This document shows positions 29,157 through 39,376 of a stretch of 64,000 nt of DNA, one piece after another; position 1 is the first letter of the stretch, and each line of letters opens with the position of its first letter. The notes below the pieces were generated by a model. It was not told where the DNA came from, searched no databases, and saw only the letters and a program-made list of their open reading frames with translations. The position numbers were made by a program, and so were the translations under genes. Location: assembly GCA_051532035.1 (NCBI GenBank), contig JAOPTW010000063.1, positions 1 through 64,000 on the forward strand, written 5' to 3'. This stretch comes from Fibrobacterales bacterium. GTDB taxonomy: Bacteria; Fibrobacterota; Fibrobacteria; Fibrobacterales; JAOPTW01.

Positions 29157-30248
29157 CTATCCATAAAGAGTAACAAGTACCCTAAGATGATCTTGAGGTA
29201 TTTGTGCATAAAAAGGGCGATTTTTACGTTCATACGCCACTTCATAGGCGCACCGTATGAGTGTAAAGTGATCAATTAATATTTTACTGACGGTAACATT
29301 ATAGTCATTTAAAGTGTTGATATATGAGTCAACAAAAGTTCGTTTTAATTTCGGTATTGAAAAAGTGTTCTTTTTTAATGATTCAGCATAGTCCAAACTG
29401 CGTAAAAAGCAAGCAACATCGTATTCTCGCGGCATACAATGGTCCCGTGGGTCAATTGTGCCTGAGTGATGGTGTTTTTTGTCTGAAATCGGCTCTCCTT
29501 CAAAATCAATAATTATTGGCTGTAATGTCGCATCAACAAGGAGCTGGCCTAGGTGAAAATCACCGTGAATCACTTGAGTCTCAACTTCTCCACCTAAAAA
29601 GGGGATTTTCTCTTTTCCTGCACTCAATAAAATTGCATTTACCTGCTTAATATAGGTATCTACAGGCTGAGTATGGGTAGCAAAACTATGGTGGAGAATC
29701 AGGTGGAGATTGGCTAATTGCTCGGCTGTATTTTTAATAATCGTCCCAAGTGCTTTTTCTCCTTTTGAGCCACTGAGAGTATCCCAGAAATCCCATCCAG
29801 AAACGCCCTCCCCATAACTCAATAGCAATCCATACAGCTCCTCTCCTAAGTGAAATGCCCCTTTTAAGGGTACTATCCCCTTCTGGACTGAAAGAGCGGT
29901 ATAGACCTCATACTCGCGCATGAGCCCCCCAGCAAAAGGTGACAGTTTTATAACGGTAGAATCATTCACTTTAAGGATTGGATTTGTTGAGTCTTCACTC
30001 AGGAGTTCAGCCTCAGTATAGCTCCCTACTGTTAGATGGGATACGAAATCCCCATGGGTAAAGGCCAATGTATCATTTACGAGAGGCACGATATAGACTT
30101 CTGAATACTCCTCAAAATGGCATTCATAGCGCTGAACTTGAACCATCCCACACGAGGCTACGAGGGTTTGGGTTACTCCAATCAGGGGTACCCCTTTGCT
30201 CCGATACCATCGTTGTTTCTGTAAGGCCTCATGGTTCATAAATACCAA
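29157..30248 (-). CDS. Maltokinase-like phosphotransferase (APH superfamily)
   Basis: IHGDFHLGQLL, IIDFEGEP, DVACFLRSLDYA, YEVAYERKNRP. Confidence 0.8.
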   Translation of the reverse strand: MVFMNHEALQKQRWYRSKGVPLIGVTQTLVASCGMVQVQRYECHFEEYSEVYIVPLVNDTLAFTHGDFVSHLTVGSYTEAELLSEDSTNPILKVNDSTVIKLSPFAGGLMREYEVYTALSVQKGIVPLKGAFHLGEELYGLLLSYGEGVSGWDFWDTLSGSKGEKALGTIIKNTAEQLANLHLILHHSFATHTQPVDTYIKQVNAILLSAGKEKIPFLGGEVETQVIHGDFHLGQLLVDATLQPIIIDFEGEPISDKKHHHSGTIDPRDHCMPREYDVACFLRSLDYAESLKKNTFSIPKLKRTFVDSYINTLNDYNVTVSKILIDHFTLIRCAYEVAYERKNRPFYAQIPQDHLRVLVTLYG

Positions 30249-30356
30249 AAAAATCTATCCTAATCACATAGAGAAAAAGTAATGATTAACGTTGATGAAT
30301 AGAGCTAATTTTTTATGTTTAGTCTATAGACACCTTAAAAGATTCAGGAAACAGAT

Positions 30357-31682
30357 ATGTCCCCCAAAGCAACTCTTTTAGTTTTCGCAATACCGCTTCT
30401 CCTTTCAGCAACTCTTTTTGCCGAAAAAAACTATGCGCGACAGAATCTCGATGGTAACTCTTTTAGAAAAAAAGATATTACTGATTTTAATTTTACTGAA
30501 GCCTCGTTGAAAAAAGCAAATTTTTCTAATGCGCGTGGTGAGGATGCTAACTTTGAAAAAGCTGATCTCACTGAAAGTAATTTCAGCAGTGTCTTTTTTC
30601 TTTCTCCGAATTTTGAAAAAGCGACTCTCACGAGTACAAAATTTAAACGCGCTGATATTCAAAGTGGAAATTTTGAAGGTGCCAATTTGCAACGCGCCAA
30701 CTTTACCAACGCTATACTACTCAAATCTAATTTTGAAGATGCAAACCTCAAAGGTGCCCGCTTAAACGCAGCTAAGTTTGCAGGTGAGGCAAATTTTAGA
30801 GGTGCCAATCTTGAAGGTGTTACTTTCGGAGGTACAAAAAAACTAAGAAGTGACCTGACCGAGGCTGACTTTAGAGAAGCGAATCTTACCAATGTAAATC
30901 TTTCAAACTCAACAATGACTGGTGCAAATCTCTCTGAAGCAATTATTGTCGATGCGAACCTATCATATACTAACATTATCAATGGTAACCTTGATGATAT
31001 TGCTTTTAAGAATGTAAACCTTATGGGAGCAGGCCTCAGTAGAATTTCAATGGATGGTACCACCTTTACCAATGTCAACCTGAAGTTTGCCGATCTCTCA
31101 CTCAATAGTTTTGATGGAACCAATTTTAGTACTACAGAACTCGAAAGTGTGAAGTTTGCTCAATGTGGCTCTTTTGAAAATATTAACCTTAAAGAGAAAA
31201 AACTGAGCAAAACTGTCTGGGACGAAACTAAAATAAGTGATGTAGTATTTTCGGGTGCTGACCTTGAAAAGAGTTCATTCTTCCAAGCCACCATATCAGA
31301 AACACAATTTGTATCGGCGCGCCTCAAAAAAGCTGTTTTTGAAGATGCAATTGTTGAGTACTGTAATTTTAAGAACTCTGACTTGTCAAAAGCACGTCTT
31401 GTGAAAGCAAAAATGGAAAAAGTAATGTTTAGTAATGCCAACTTAACCAGTGTTAACTTTGCAGGTGCATCAATCTATAAAGCTTCGTTTACCAATGCCA
31501 ACCTTTCACGTGCAACATTTGATAACGCAACGCACATTCAACAGTGTAACTTCTCTGGTGCTGATCTAACACGTACTAAAGGTATTGAAGATGCGCAATT
31601 TACTGAATGCCTCTATGACGCAAACACGAAATTTCCTTCAGGATTTAATCCTAAAAAGCATGGTTTTGTAAAAAGAAATTAG
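30357..31682 (+). CDS. Exported pentapeptide repeat protein
   Basis: Signal peptide (ATLFA); continuous A(N/D)(F/L)xx pentads; C-terminal YDANTKFPSGFNP cap. Confidence 0.92.
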   Translation: MSPKATLLVFAIPLLLSATLFAEKNYARQNLDGNSFRKKDITDFNFTEASLKKANFSNARGEDANFEKADLTESNFSSVFFLSPNFEKATLTSTKFKRADIQSGNFEGANLQRANFTNAILLKSNFEDANLKGARLNAAKFAGEANFRGANLEGVTFGGTKKLRSDLTEADFREANLTNVNLSNSTMTGANLSEAIIVDANLSYTNIINGNLDDIAFKNVNLMGAGLSRISMDGTTFTNVNLKFADLSLNSFDGTNFSTTELESVKFAQCGSFENINLKEKKLSKTVWDETKISDVVFSGADLEKSSFFQATISETQFVSARLKKAVFEDAIVEYCNFKNSDLSKARLVKAKMEKVMFSNANLTSVNFAGASIYKASFTNANLSRATFDNATHIQQCNFSGADLTRTKGIEDAQFTECLYDANTKFPSGFNPKKHGFVKRN

Positions 31683-31688
31683 GGCTCT

Positions 31689-31883
31689 TTAGCCCTTAGC
31701 TTTACGACTTTTCTCTTTGATTGTCAGATAGATATAGGGGATAAACGTAAGTAAACCAAAAAATATCATTCCAAAGCTCAAAAGGGGTGATATTTCATTA
31801 GACTCCTCAACTACTTTCGTGGTATCTACTGTATCAGCAAAAAGTGTCAGTGTTGTGAGTAGGATTGTGAGAATGAGTTTCAT
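31689..31883 (-). CDS. Small membrane protein
   Basis: Signal-like N-terminus, one TM helix and a basic tail; fills the gap between larger genes. Confidence 0.6.
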   Translation of the reverse strand: MKLILTILLTTLTLFADTVDTTKVVEESNEISPLLSFGMIFFGLLTFIPYIYLTIKEKSRKAKG

Positions 31884-31942
31884 ATTATACCAGTTTTGCT
31901 ACTTTTGACCAAATGTAATAAAACAAGTGGTAACGACAACGC

Positions 31943-32929
31943 ATGGATTCAATTCTTGAATATCTAACACATGTCCCTCACAAAAGAATCACTCGGGCCG
32001 TTGAAGAACTTATGCCTGCCCTTGAACAAAGAATCGCTATTGGCGATGGACCAAGCTGGAAACAAGCCTACGAAGCACTCCCCCCTATCGGCAAAGGCTC
32101 ATTTACTATTGCTGGCGGTGCATTTTCAGTAGGTCATGAAACGGTAATCGATGATGCTCAACGCACTGCGCTTATGGAGAGCCTCACCCAACTTATTCCC
32201 TGGCGCAAAGGGCCCTTTAACTTCTTTGGTACCCACATTGAAACAGAGTGGCGCTCGGACCTTAAATGGAATAGACTGAAAGACCACATACAAAACCTCA
32301 ACCAAAAAATAGTACTCGATGTCGGCTGCAATAATGGTTATTATATGTACCGCATGCTTGAACAAGAGCCCAAGTTAGTTATTGGCATTGATCCTTCTGT
32401 GATCTGTTATTACCAATTCATAACGGCAAAACGCTATATTACTGCCCCAGCTCTTCACTACCTCCCCTGTAGACTTGAACAGTTAGATGGATTTAAAGGG
32501 TGTTTTGACACGATTTTCACCATGGGTATTATGTATCACAGAAAATCCCCTTTGGAATACCTAAAACAGACTCATGACCTATTGAAAGTGGGTGGTGAAG
32601 CGGTGATTGAGACCATTACCATTCCAGGTGATGAATTTTATTCACTCTGCCCTGAAGACCGCTATGCACAGATGCGTAATGTCTATTTTTTACCCACAGT
32701 ACCGTTACTAGTGAGCTGGATAAAAAAATGTGGCTTTGTTGATATCACAGTTGTTGATACGAGTCCTACAACCTTTGAGGAACAGAAAAATTCGCCTTGG
32801 GTGGAAGGAAAGTCATTAGAAGATTTTCTTGACCCTAACGACCCCACTCGTACTATTGAAGGCTACCCTGCCCCCAATCGCACTACTATAGTCGCCCATA
32901 GACGACCTAAGCAAAAATTTAGTTACTAA
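31943..32929 (+). CDS. cmoB: tRNA U34 carboxymethyltransferase
   Basis: PWRKGPF, IETEWRSDLKW, VLDVGCNNGYY, RYAQMRNVYFLP, TIEGYPAP. Confidence 0.93.
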   Translation: MDSILEYLTHVPHKRITRAVEELMPALEQRIAIGDGPSWKQAYEALPPIGKGSFTIAGGAFSVGHETVIDDAQRTALMESLTQLIPWRKGPFNFFGTHIETEWRSDLKWNRLKDHIQNLNQKIVLDVGCNNGYYMYRMLEQEPKLVIGIDPSVICYYQFITAKRYITAPALHYLPCRLEQLDGFKGCFDTIFTMGIMYHRKSPLEYLKQTHDLLKVGGEAVIETITIPGDEFYSLCPEDRYAQMRNVYFLPTVPLLVSWIKKCGFVDITVVDTSPTTFEEQKNSPWVEGKSLEDFLDPNDPTRTIEGYPAPNRTTIVAHRRPKQKFSY

Positions 32930-32944
32930 TTTTAGATACTGATA

Positions 32945-33346
32945 CTAGCCACGAAGGGTAGCAAGAAGTTCTTTCAACTTATTTTTCAGTAATGGATGAG
33001 TACTTTTTTGTTCAAACTCAAGTTGAGTTTGCATAGGAGATTCAGTGCCGTAGGTCATCGACTTGAGCATTTCTTCAAGTTTCGATTTCTTAGTCTGATT
33101 TAAGATGTTTCTTATTTCGTCATCATCAAGATTACGGGTATACACTAAAAACTTAATATATTGTACCAGTTGAAAGTCTTGAATGGCATAGGTTCTATTC
33201 CCTGCTCTATTCCGAGGAGGATTGAGTTGAGGAAATTTTTCTTCCCAATACCTTACTGTAGAAGCCTCGAGTCCCGAAACGCTACACACTTCCGAAATGG
33301 AGTAATACTTTTTAATATCGCGTTCACCACCATATTTAATTGCCAT
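32945..33346 (-). CDS. MerR family HTH regulator
   Basis: YYSISEV...STVRYWE..FPQLNP.RN.AGNRTY. Confidence 0.88.
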   Translation of the reverse strand: MAIKYGGERDIKKYYSISEVCSVSGLEASTVRYWEEKFPQLNPPRNRAGNRTYAIQDFQLVQYIKFLVYTRNLDDDEIRNILNQTKKSKLEEMLKSMTYGTESPMQTQLEFEQKSTHPLLKNKLKELLATLRG

Positions 33347-34350
33347 TAAATCCCCTCTGCTTTTAGCTCCCGACGCATCAAATCTTTGATTGCCTCTTTG
33401 GGATCTTTTCCATTGTAGAGTATTTCATAAACTGCATTTGATATGGGCATATCAATATCATACTTCTTCGACATTTGCCAAGTACTGAGAGTAGCCGGTA
33501 CTCCTTCAGCGACCATGGTCATTTCACTGAGTATGTCATCGATACTTTTGCCAAGCCCGATATGTTCACCAACATGTCGGTTTCTTGAATGAGAACTCGT
33601 ACAGGTAGTAATGAGGTCTCCCATTCCAGCAAGGCCAGAAAATGTTCTGAGTTGACCACCCATACGCTCACCTAAACGGCTAATTTCTGCAAGGCCTCTT
33701 GTAATAAGAGCCCCTTTGGGATTATCCCCAAAACCCATTCCATCTAAAATTCCAGTGGCAATGGCAATAACATTTTTGAGTGATCCACAGAGCTCTACCC
33801 CCATAACATCATCTGATTGATAGACTCTAAAATATTCATTAGAAAATGCTTTTTGTAAGATCTCTGCCTGAGTAAGGTACTGCCCCGCAATAACTACAGC
33901 TGTAGGCATATGGCGTGCAACCTCTTCGGCGTGAGAAGGTCCAGAAAGAACCAATACATTTTCTGGTGTTGCTTTATCAATTTGAGAGATAATGATCTCA
34001 CTCACTCTCATAAATGACTCTTTCTCTATCCCTTTTATAAGTGAGAGATACAGAGTGTGGGCTGGTATTGTACAGCCATTTACTTGAGCCGCAACTGATC
34101 GGACATGAATAGAAGGCACTGCAAATACAATGGTATCGGTCCCCGCAATCATCTCTTGTAAGTCTGTCGAGATAATACAACTATCAGGAATTTTAATCCC
34201 TGGAAGGCGTACTACATGTTCTCTCTTTTCAGTCAACTCCGCAGCTTCTTCTGCAGAGTATGTCCAAAATCGTACTTCGTGACCGTTTTCTGAGAGGAGC
34301 TTACCTATTGTGAGGCCCCAACTACCAGTACCTAATACGGTAAATATCAT
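33346..34350 (-). CDS. gpsA: NAD(P)H-dependent glycerol-3-phosphate dehydrogenase
   Basis: GTGSWG, KGIE, LSGPSHAEEV, LKNVIAIA, GDLITTC, SRN, AEGV. Confidence 0.96.
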   Translation of the reverse strand: MIFTVLGTGSWGLTIGKLLSENGHEVRFWTYSAEEAAELTEKREHVVRLPGIKIPDSCIISTDLQEMIAGTDTIVFAVPSIHVRSVAAQVNGCTIPAHTLYLSLIKGIEKESFMRVSEIIISQIDKATPENVLVLSGPSHAEEVARHMPTAVVIAGQYLTQAEILQKAFSNEYFRVYQSDDVMGVELCGSLKNVIAIATGILDGMGFGDNPKGALITRGLAEISRLGERMGGQLRTFSGLAGMGDLITTCTSSHSRNRHVGEHIGLGKSIDDILSEMTMVAEGVPATLSTWQMSKKYDIDMPISNAVYEILYNGKDPKEAIKDLMRRELKAEGI

Positions 34351-34967
34351 TCTTCTTCCTTAGCTTTTCCAAATCTATTTTCAGTACCATTGATAAGGCG
34401 CTGAATATTCGCTTTATGTTTAATAGTAACAAATGCTGCTATGATCCAGCCAAGAATCATAGTTTCTAGAGCAATATCTCGCCCTGGAGTGATAAAAGAA
34501 ACGGTAAGTCCAGCGGCCAATACAATTGAAGCAACAATGGATGCCAATGAAACATAACGCGTCACATAAGTGATTACAGCCCATGTTGCAAAAGCAACTA
34601 ATGCTTCTTGGTGCGCTAAAAACATAAAGACTCCAAGTGCTGTCAGTACCCCCTTGCCCCCTTTGAATTTAGCAAAGCAGGTAAATGAGTGACCAAGTAC
34701 CGCAACAAGACCTGCTGCAATGGGAAGCCAACCAATTTCTGGTGCTAATAAGGTTGCAATAAAAGGAGCAATAATACCTTTTCCAAGGTCTAATATTACT
34801 ACAGGAAGTGCAGGCTTCCACCCTAACACTCTATATGTATTAGTGAGCCCTGCATTTTTGGATCCATGTTCACGGATATCTATTCCTGCAAAATATTTTG
34901 CCGACCAAACAGCTGATGGGATTGACCCAAGGACATATGCGATAAGTATACTAGCGGTAATTTCCAA
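34347..34967 (-). CDS. plsY: Acyl-phosphate:glycerol-3-phosphate acyltransferase
   Basis: YVLGSIP, DIREHGSKNAGLTN, FKGGKGV, HKANIQRL..GTE. Confidence 0.95.
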   Translation of the reverse strand: MEITASILIAYVLGSIPSAVWSAKYFAGIDIREHGSKNAGLTNTYRVLGWKPALPVVILDLGKGIIAPFIATLLAPEIGWLPIAAGLVAVLGHSFTCFAKFKGGKGVLTALGVFMFLAHQEALVAFATWAVITYVTRYVSLASIVASIVLAAGLTVSFITPGRDIALETMILGWIIAAFVTIKHKANIQRLINGTENRFGKAKEEE

Positions 34968-36306
34968 GATCTTCGTCCGTCCTTAAGTCAAGTGCTTCGT
35001 CAAAATTTAATCGAAGGGGTGCACCTATCATATTAAACCTTTTATGGAGTCTTCGTAAAAAATAACGTTTCCAACTCTCATCGACAAGGTCTGGATGGTT
35101 AGATTCTATAGTAACTACAGGAGGATTCACCATAATTTGGCAGACCCGAGTCATAGTAATGATTTTAGAAACACGCGCTGGATGAGGATTATCACGAACA
35201 GCACTTTCAAACTCTTTGATCAGTGCATCTCTACCCAGTACTTTATAACAGTTCTCATAGACCTGATCAATGGTTTCCATGAGTTTACCAACACGTAGAC
35301 CTTCAAGGGCTGACATAGCAATAATCGGTAAATATTTTAGGCTTGCATCTCTGTGATAGAGCTCTTTTTTAAAGGTATCTAATGTATTGGACTCTTTCTC
35401 ATAAAGATCCCATTTATTGATAACAAGAATAATACCTTTTGCCGAGTGTTTAATCTGGTCAATGATTCTGTAATCTTGTATTCCAAGCCCTCGATTAACA
35501 TCAAACATAAGAACAACGACGTCAGATCTCTTAATAGATTGAAGAGAGCGCATATTTGAAAAGTATTCAACCTCTTCTGAAACGCGAGCTTTTTTTCTTA
35601 ACCCTGCAGTATCGGTAATGAGATAGTTCTTGCCATCAATTTTAAGGTGGCAATCGATTGAATCACGAGTAGTACCAGCAACACTAGAGGTAATCATACG
35701 CTCTTCTCTTAAAAGTCTATTAAGAAGAGTAGATTTACCGGCATTGGGTCTACCTAAAATCGCGATTTTCGTAATCTGCTCTTCACTTTCTTTAATCACT
35801 TTTCTAGGAATTTTTTCAATTGCTATTGTAAGAAAAGAGTTAAATGCATATCCCGTTAGTGCAGAAATTGAGTATGGTTCACCAAACCCAAGTTTGTAAA
35901 AGCTCTGTACTTCCATACGATCTTCAAGTTCTTCATTTTTATTACAGACAAGGAGTACTTGTTTTTGGTTCTTGTGAATGAGGTCAGCGAAGAGTTGATC
36001 TTGTTTTGTGACACCGACACGACCGTCCACAACAAATATTACAAGATCTGCAGAAGTAACTGCAGTGATAATTTGCTCTCTGACAGAGTCTGCCATCTCG
36101 TCAATACTATCATCTGTGATAAAACCACCAGTATCAACCAAATTAAAGGGAACCTGGTTCCAGGTTGCTACTTGATAATGTCGATCTCGGGTTACCCCTT
36201 CACGGTCAGACACAACAGCAGCACGTCGACCAACAATGCGATTAAATATAGATGACTTACCAACGTTGGGGCGACCAACAATTGCAATGGTAGGATAATG
36301 TTTCAT
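34951..36306 (-). CDS. der: Ribosome biogenesis GTPase Der
   Basis: Two G domains (GRPNVGKS/GVTRD/DTGG; GRPNAGKS/GTTRD/DTAG, NKWD). Confidence 0.97.
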   Translation of the reverse strand: MKHYPTIAIVGRPNVGKSSIFNRIVGRRAAVVSDREGVTRDRHYQVATWNQVPFNLVDTGGFITDDSIDEMADSVREQIITAVTSADLVIFVVDGRVGVTKQDQLFADLIHKNQKQVLLVCNKNEELEDRMEVQSFYKLGFGEPYSISALTGYAFNSFLTIAIEKIPRKVIKESEEQITKIAILGRPNAGKSTLLNRLLREERMITSSVAGTTRDSIDCHLKIDGKNYLITDTAGLRKKARVSEEVEYFSNMRSLQSIKRSDVVVLMFDVNRGLGIQDYRIIDQIKHSAKGIILVINKWDLYEKESNTLDTFKKELYHRDASLKYLPIIAMSALEGLRVGKLMETIDQVYENCYKVLGRDALIKEFESAVRDNPHPARVSKIITMTRVCQIMVNPPVVTIESNHPDLVDESWKRYFLRRLHKRFNMIGAPLRLNFDEALDLRTDEDLGNYR

Positions 36307-36319
36307 GGTGTTGAATTAA

Positions 36320-36655
36320 TTACAGGGCAGCGACCTCAGTAAAGCTCTCTTCGATACATTTCTCGAGCTCTTTACTCCGGGTGTCAGCTTCGGACATATT
36401 CATTTCGGTAGATCCGATTTTTTCAATCTCGTAAGCAATTTTAGCTGCTTCTACAAATCGAAGATTCGCCAAGGCACCTTTCATAGAATGTGAATGCTCT
36501 CGTACCGCTGAATAATCAGCCTGTACAATTGCATCATTGAGTAGTGGGATAGATTCCCCAATAAATTCTTTAAGATCTTGTACAAAATCGACAAAATCTT
36601 CCATTTCGAGACCCAATTCTTCTAATGCCTGATCTACTGCTACGAGCTGACCCAT
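36320..36655 (-). CDS. Stand-alone Hpt phosphotransfer protein
   Basis: Helical 111-aa protein with HSMKGA phospho-His motif. Confidence 0.85.
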   Translation of the reverse strand: MGQLVAVDQALEELGLEMEDFVDFVQDLKEFIGESIPLLNDAIVQADYSAVREHSHSMKGALANLRFVEAAKIAYEIEKIGSTEMNMSEADTRSKELEKCIEESFTEVAAL

Positions 36656-36746
36656 TATTATTCCTTTTGAATTGTATTATACCAAATGTATAAATTTTCT
36701 ATTTCATTATACTCTATTATAATAATTATCCCATTAATAATGCCAG

Positions 36747-36962
36747 TTATTCCTGCTTTTTTTCACTCTTTTTTGCCACGACAAGCCCAATAAGAAGCAC
36801 CCCAAAAAGAACCCAACTGACCCCATTAAGATAATATACTGCCTCACTGGCACTCTCTTCAAGTTTTCGAGCAAAGAGCTGACATGTCGTGATAATGATA
36901 ACCACCAAAAAGAGCACTTGTCTAATTTTGGATATGCCTTTTAATTGGGGAAGTATACGCAT
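36747..36962 (-). CDS. Small two-TM membrane protein
   Basis: Two hydrophobic helices; directly downstream of the ubiA-like gene. Confidence 0.5.
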   Translation of the reverse strand: MRILPQLKGISKIRQVLFLVVIIITTCQLFARKLEESASEAVYYLNGVSWVLFGVLLIGLVVAKKSEKKQE

Positions 36963-36970
36963 AAAGCCTC

Positions 36971-37819
36971 TTAGATATAAGTTGATACCATAAGTGCACC
37001 CATAATAAGAACACTTATTGCTGCATTTGCTTTAAAAAAAGCACTATTGAGTGAGTCGAGTGATCGCCCCGCTTTACCCACATGAAGGTAGAGGAGGATG
37101 AAGCCCGTAACTCCACAAGTAACTCCCCAATAGACATTCGGAAGTCTTAAAAAATAGAGATACATCATGAGAGAAAACATGACCAAATGGAGGAACTTTG
37201 CAAAAATAAGCGCCCCTTGAGCCCCAAAAAAAGTAACCGCTGAATGCAGCCCCAATGTGGTATCAGCTTCTTCATCTTGAGTGGCATAAATAATGTCAAA
37301 TCCCGAAATCCAAAATGTAAGAATGAGCCCAAGTATTATTGGAAAAAGAGCAATCTCACCTCGTACTCCAATCCACACCCCCAAGGGTGAAAGACCAATC
37401 GCAAGACCTAAAAATATGTGACAGAGCCAACTAAACCTCTTCCAAAAAGAGTAAGAGAGTAGAAAAACGAGTAAGGGGGCAGAAAACATTAGCGCCATCT
37501 TGTTGAGCATACCGGCACTGACCATAAAAACAATACAATTGAGCACAATAAAAACTGTAGCTTGTATGGGAGAGATAAGGCCTGCAGGTATATGCCTCTC
37601 CGCAGTGCGTGGATTTTTTGCATCAAATCGAGCATCAATCAAACGGTTGAATGCCATTGCAGCATTTCGTGCAGTAACCATGCAAACGAGAACCCATATG
37701 AGAAGCCATGGATCAAGGACACCCTCCGTCGCTATTACGAACGTCCCTAATGCAAAAGGGAGCGCAAAGATGGTGTGAGAAAATTTAACGAGTTCTAAAT
37801 ACTGAAGAAGTTTTGCCAT
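36971..37819 (-). CDS. ubiA: UbiA-family prenyltransferase (MqnP-like, menaquinone synthesis)
   Basis: KFSHTIFALPFA, AMAFNRLIDARFDAKNPRT, FDIIYATQD. Confidence 0.88.
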   Translation of the reverse strand: MAKLLQYLELVKFSHTIFALPFALGTFVIATEGVLDPWLLIWVLVCMVTARNAAMAFNRLIDARFDAKNPRTAERHIPAGLISPIQATVFIVLNCIVFMVSAGMLNKMALMFSAPLLVFLLSYSFWKRFSWLCHIFLGLAIGLSPLGVWIGVRGEIALFPIILGLILTFWISGFDIIYATQDEEADTTLGLHSAVTFFGAQGALIFAKFLHLVMFSLMMYLYFLRLPNVYWGVTCGVTGFILLYLHVGKAGRSLDSLNSAFFKANAAISVLIMGALMVSTYI

Positions 37820-37821
37820 TA

Positions 37822-38382
37822 TTACTCACTCCCCCATGCCGGAAAAACCGTATGGGGGAGTTCTAGAAGGTCGAGTACTTTTGCAACAACCGTATCAACA
37901 ACTTCTTCTATTGACTCAGGATGAAAATAGAAATGAGGACTGGTTGGAGCAATAATTCCCCCTGCTGTCATAATTTTTTTCATATTATCAAGATGAATGG
38001 TATTAAAGGGCATCTCACGTGGGCACACTATCAGTGGCTTACGCTCTTTTAAACAGACATCAGCAGCACGCACCAACAAGTTATTTGAAGTACCCCCGGC
38101 AATGTTACCAATAGTCCCCACCGAACACGGAAGAATTACCATTGCCGCAATATTTGCAGTACCGCTGGCAGGCGCAGAAAACATGTTATCAATAGCATGC
38201 TCTTTGAGCCCCTGCTCTTTAATCCACCGCTCTTTCTCAAAATCTATAACTTTGGCACCGTTTGAGGATATAACGAGCTCTACAGAGTGATTTAAACTCA
38301 TCAGATGGTAGATCAACCGACGAGCGTAGATAGCGCCACTTGCGCCAGTTATACCGACTAAAATTGTTCCATTATCTCTCAT
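37822..38382 (-). CDS. ubiX: Flavin prenyltransferase
   Basis: GITGASG, ASG, PCS, RAADVCLKE, PREMP; ATG at 38382 preferred. Confidence 0.93.
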   Translation of the reverse strand: MRDNGTILVGITGASGAIYARRLIYHLMSLNHSVELVISSNGAKVIDFEKERWIKEQGLKEHAIDNMFSAPASGTANIAAMVILPCSVGTIGNIAGGTSNNLLVRAADVCLKERKPLIVCPREMPFNTIHLDNMKKIMTAGGIIAPTSPHFYFHPESIEEVVDTVVAKVLDLLELPHTVFPAWGSE

Positions 38383-39055
38383 TGCTTCCCTTTTGAAGAT
38401 AGACAATATGTGCTATGCCGCCATCACAGGGTACTACACTCTTCACAATAAAACCATGGGCCTGACACTGCTTTGTATATTCTTCGACTGTAACAAATGC
38501 ATGAATAGAGTTTACCAAATATTTATATGCAGGAGCATCCTTTTTGAACAACAATGATGGCAGTGGTAGCACCACAGGAGCCACATAACGATAAAACACC
38601 TTTGGAAAGCAGTGTGACGGCTTAAAAAACTCAAGAGTTAAGAATTCACCTTCATCTTTTAATACCCGATGGATTTCGGTTAACCCTAGAGAGAGGTCAT
38701 CAAGGTTCCTCATCCCAAATCCATTGAGCACCAAGTCAAACATACCCGATTTTAGCGGTAAATTAAGAGCGTCGAGCTGAACAGCTCTCGACTGCTCCTT
38801 TTTTTGAGCATGAGAGAGCATGTTAAATGAAAAATCTCCCAAAACCCGAGCGCCAATTTCAATATGCTCGGAGCACTTTTCCATAAAATCACCGGTACCA
38901 CCACAAAGGTCAAGAACCGTAAGAGGAGTATCTGCCTTGATCAGCCGGACAGCTTTTTTTCTCCATCGCACGTCACGACCCGCTGTAAGAATTCTATTCA
39001 TTACATCGTAGTAGGTTGATATCCCGTCAAACATATTTTTGACTACTGGACTCAT
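38372..39055 (-). CDS. menG: Demethylmenaquinone methyltransferase (UbiE/MenG)
   Basis: MFDGISTYYDVMN, VLDLCGGTGD, GFGMRN, RVLK..G...LEF, YKYL. Confidence 0.9.
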   Translation of the reverse strand: MSPVVKNMFDGISTYYDVMNRILTAGRDVRWRKKAVRLIKADTPLTVLDLCGGTGDFMEKCSEHIEIGARVLGDFSFNMLSHAQKKEQSRAVQLDALNLPLKSGMFDLVLNGFGMRNLDDLSLGLTEIHRVLKDEGEFLTLEFFKPSHCFPKVFYRYVAPVVLPLPSLLFKKDAPAYKYLVNSIHAFVTVEEYTKQCQAHGFIVKSVVPCDGGIAHIVYLQKGSNER

Positions 39056-39184
39056 ATAGATCTATTCCTCATTATCTGCACACTTCATTTTGAAAAGTAT
39101 TGTGGATAAAAACTCTCTCCACCTCTCTATTTATGGTAAGAAGATAAAAAAATTAAATATTTCACACATTAATTATAATTTTTA

Positions 39185-39212
39185 TTGACATAAATCATCA
39201 ATAACTTATAAT
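39185..39212 (+). promoter_or_regulatory. Consensus sigma70 promoter of tRNA-Phe
   Basis: TTGACA (39185-39190), 16-bp spacer, TATAAT (39207-39212); AT-rich upstream; 13 nt before the tRNA. Confidence 0.85.
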
Positions 39213-39224
39213 TGCTTTCGCTAA

Positions 39225-39298
<74 letters not shown>

Positions 39299-39300
39299 TT

Positions 39301-39347
39301 ACAAACAAAAAAAGCTCATCCATCAGGATGGGCTTTTTTTGTTTGTA
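39301..39347 (+). terminator. Intrinsic terminator after tRNA-Phe
   Basis: ACAAACAAAAAAAGCTCATCC-ATCA-GGATGGGCTTTTTTTGTTTGT. Confidence 0.85.
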
Positions 39348-39376
39348 CAGGTTTTGCGTATAAGCAGAGATGCTGT

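Noticed and set aside
30405..31441. Antisense and alternate-frame ORFs over the pentapeptide gene, and similar short ORFs over other long genes
   Set aside because: Shadow ORFs fully overlapping well-supported genes, with no motifs or RBS
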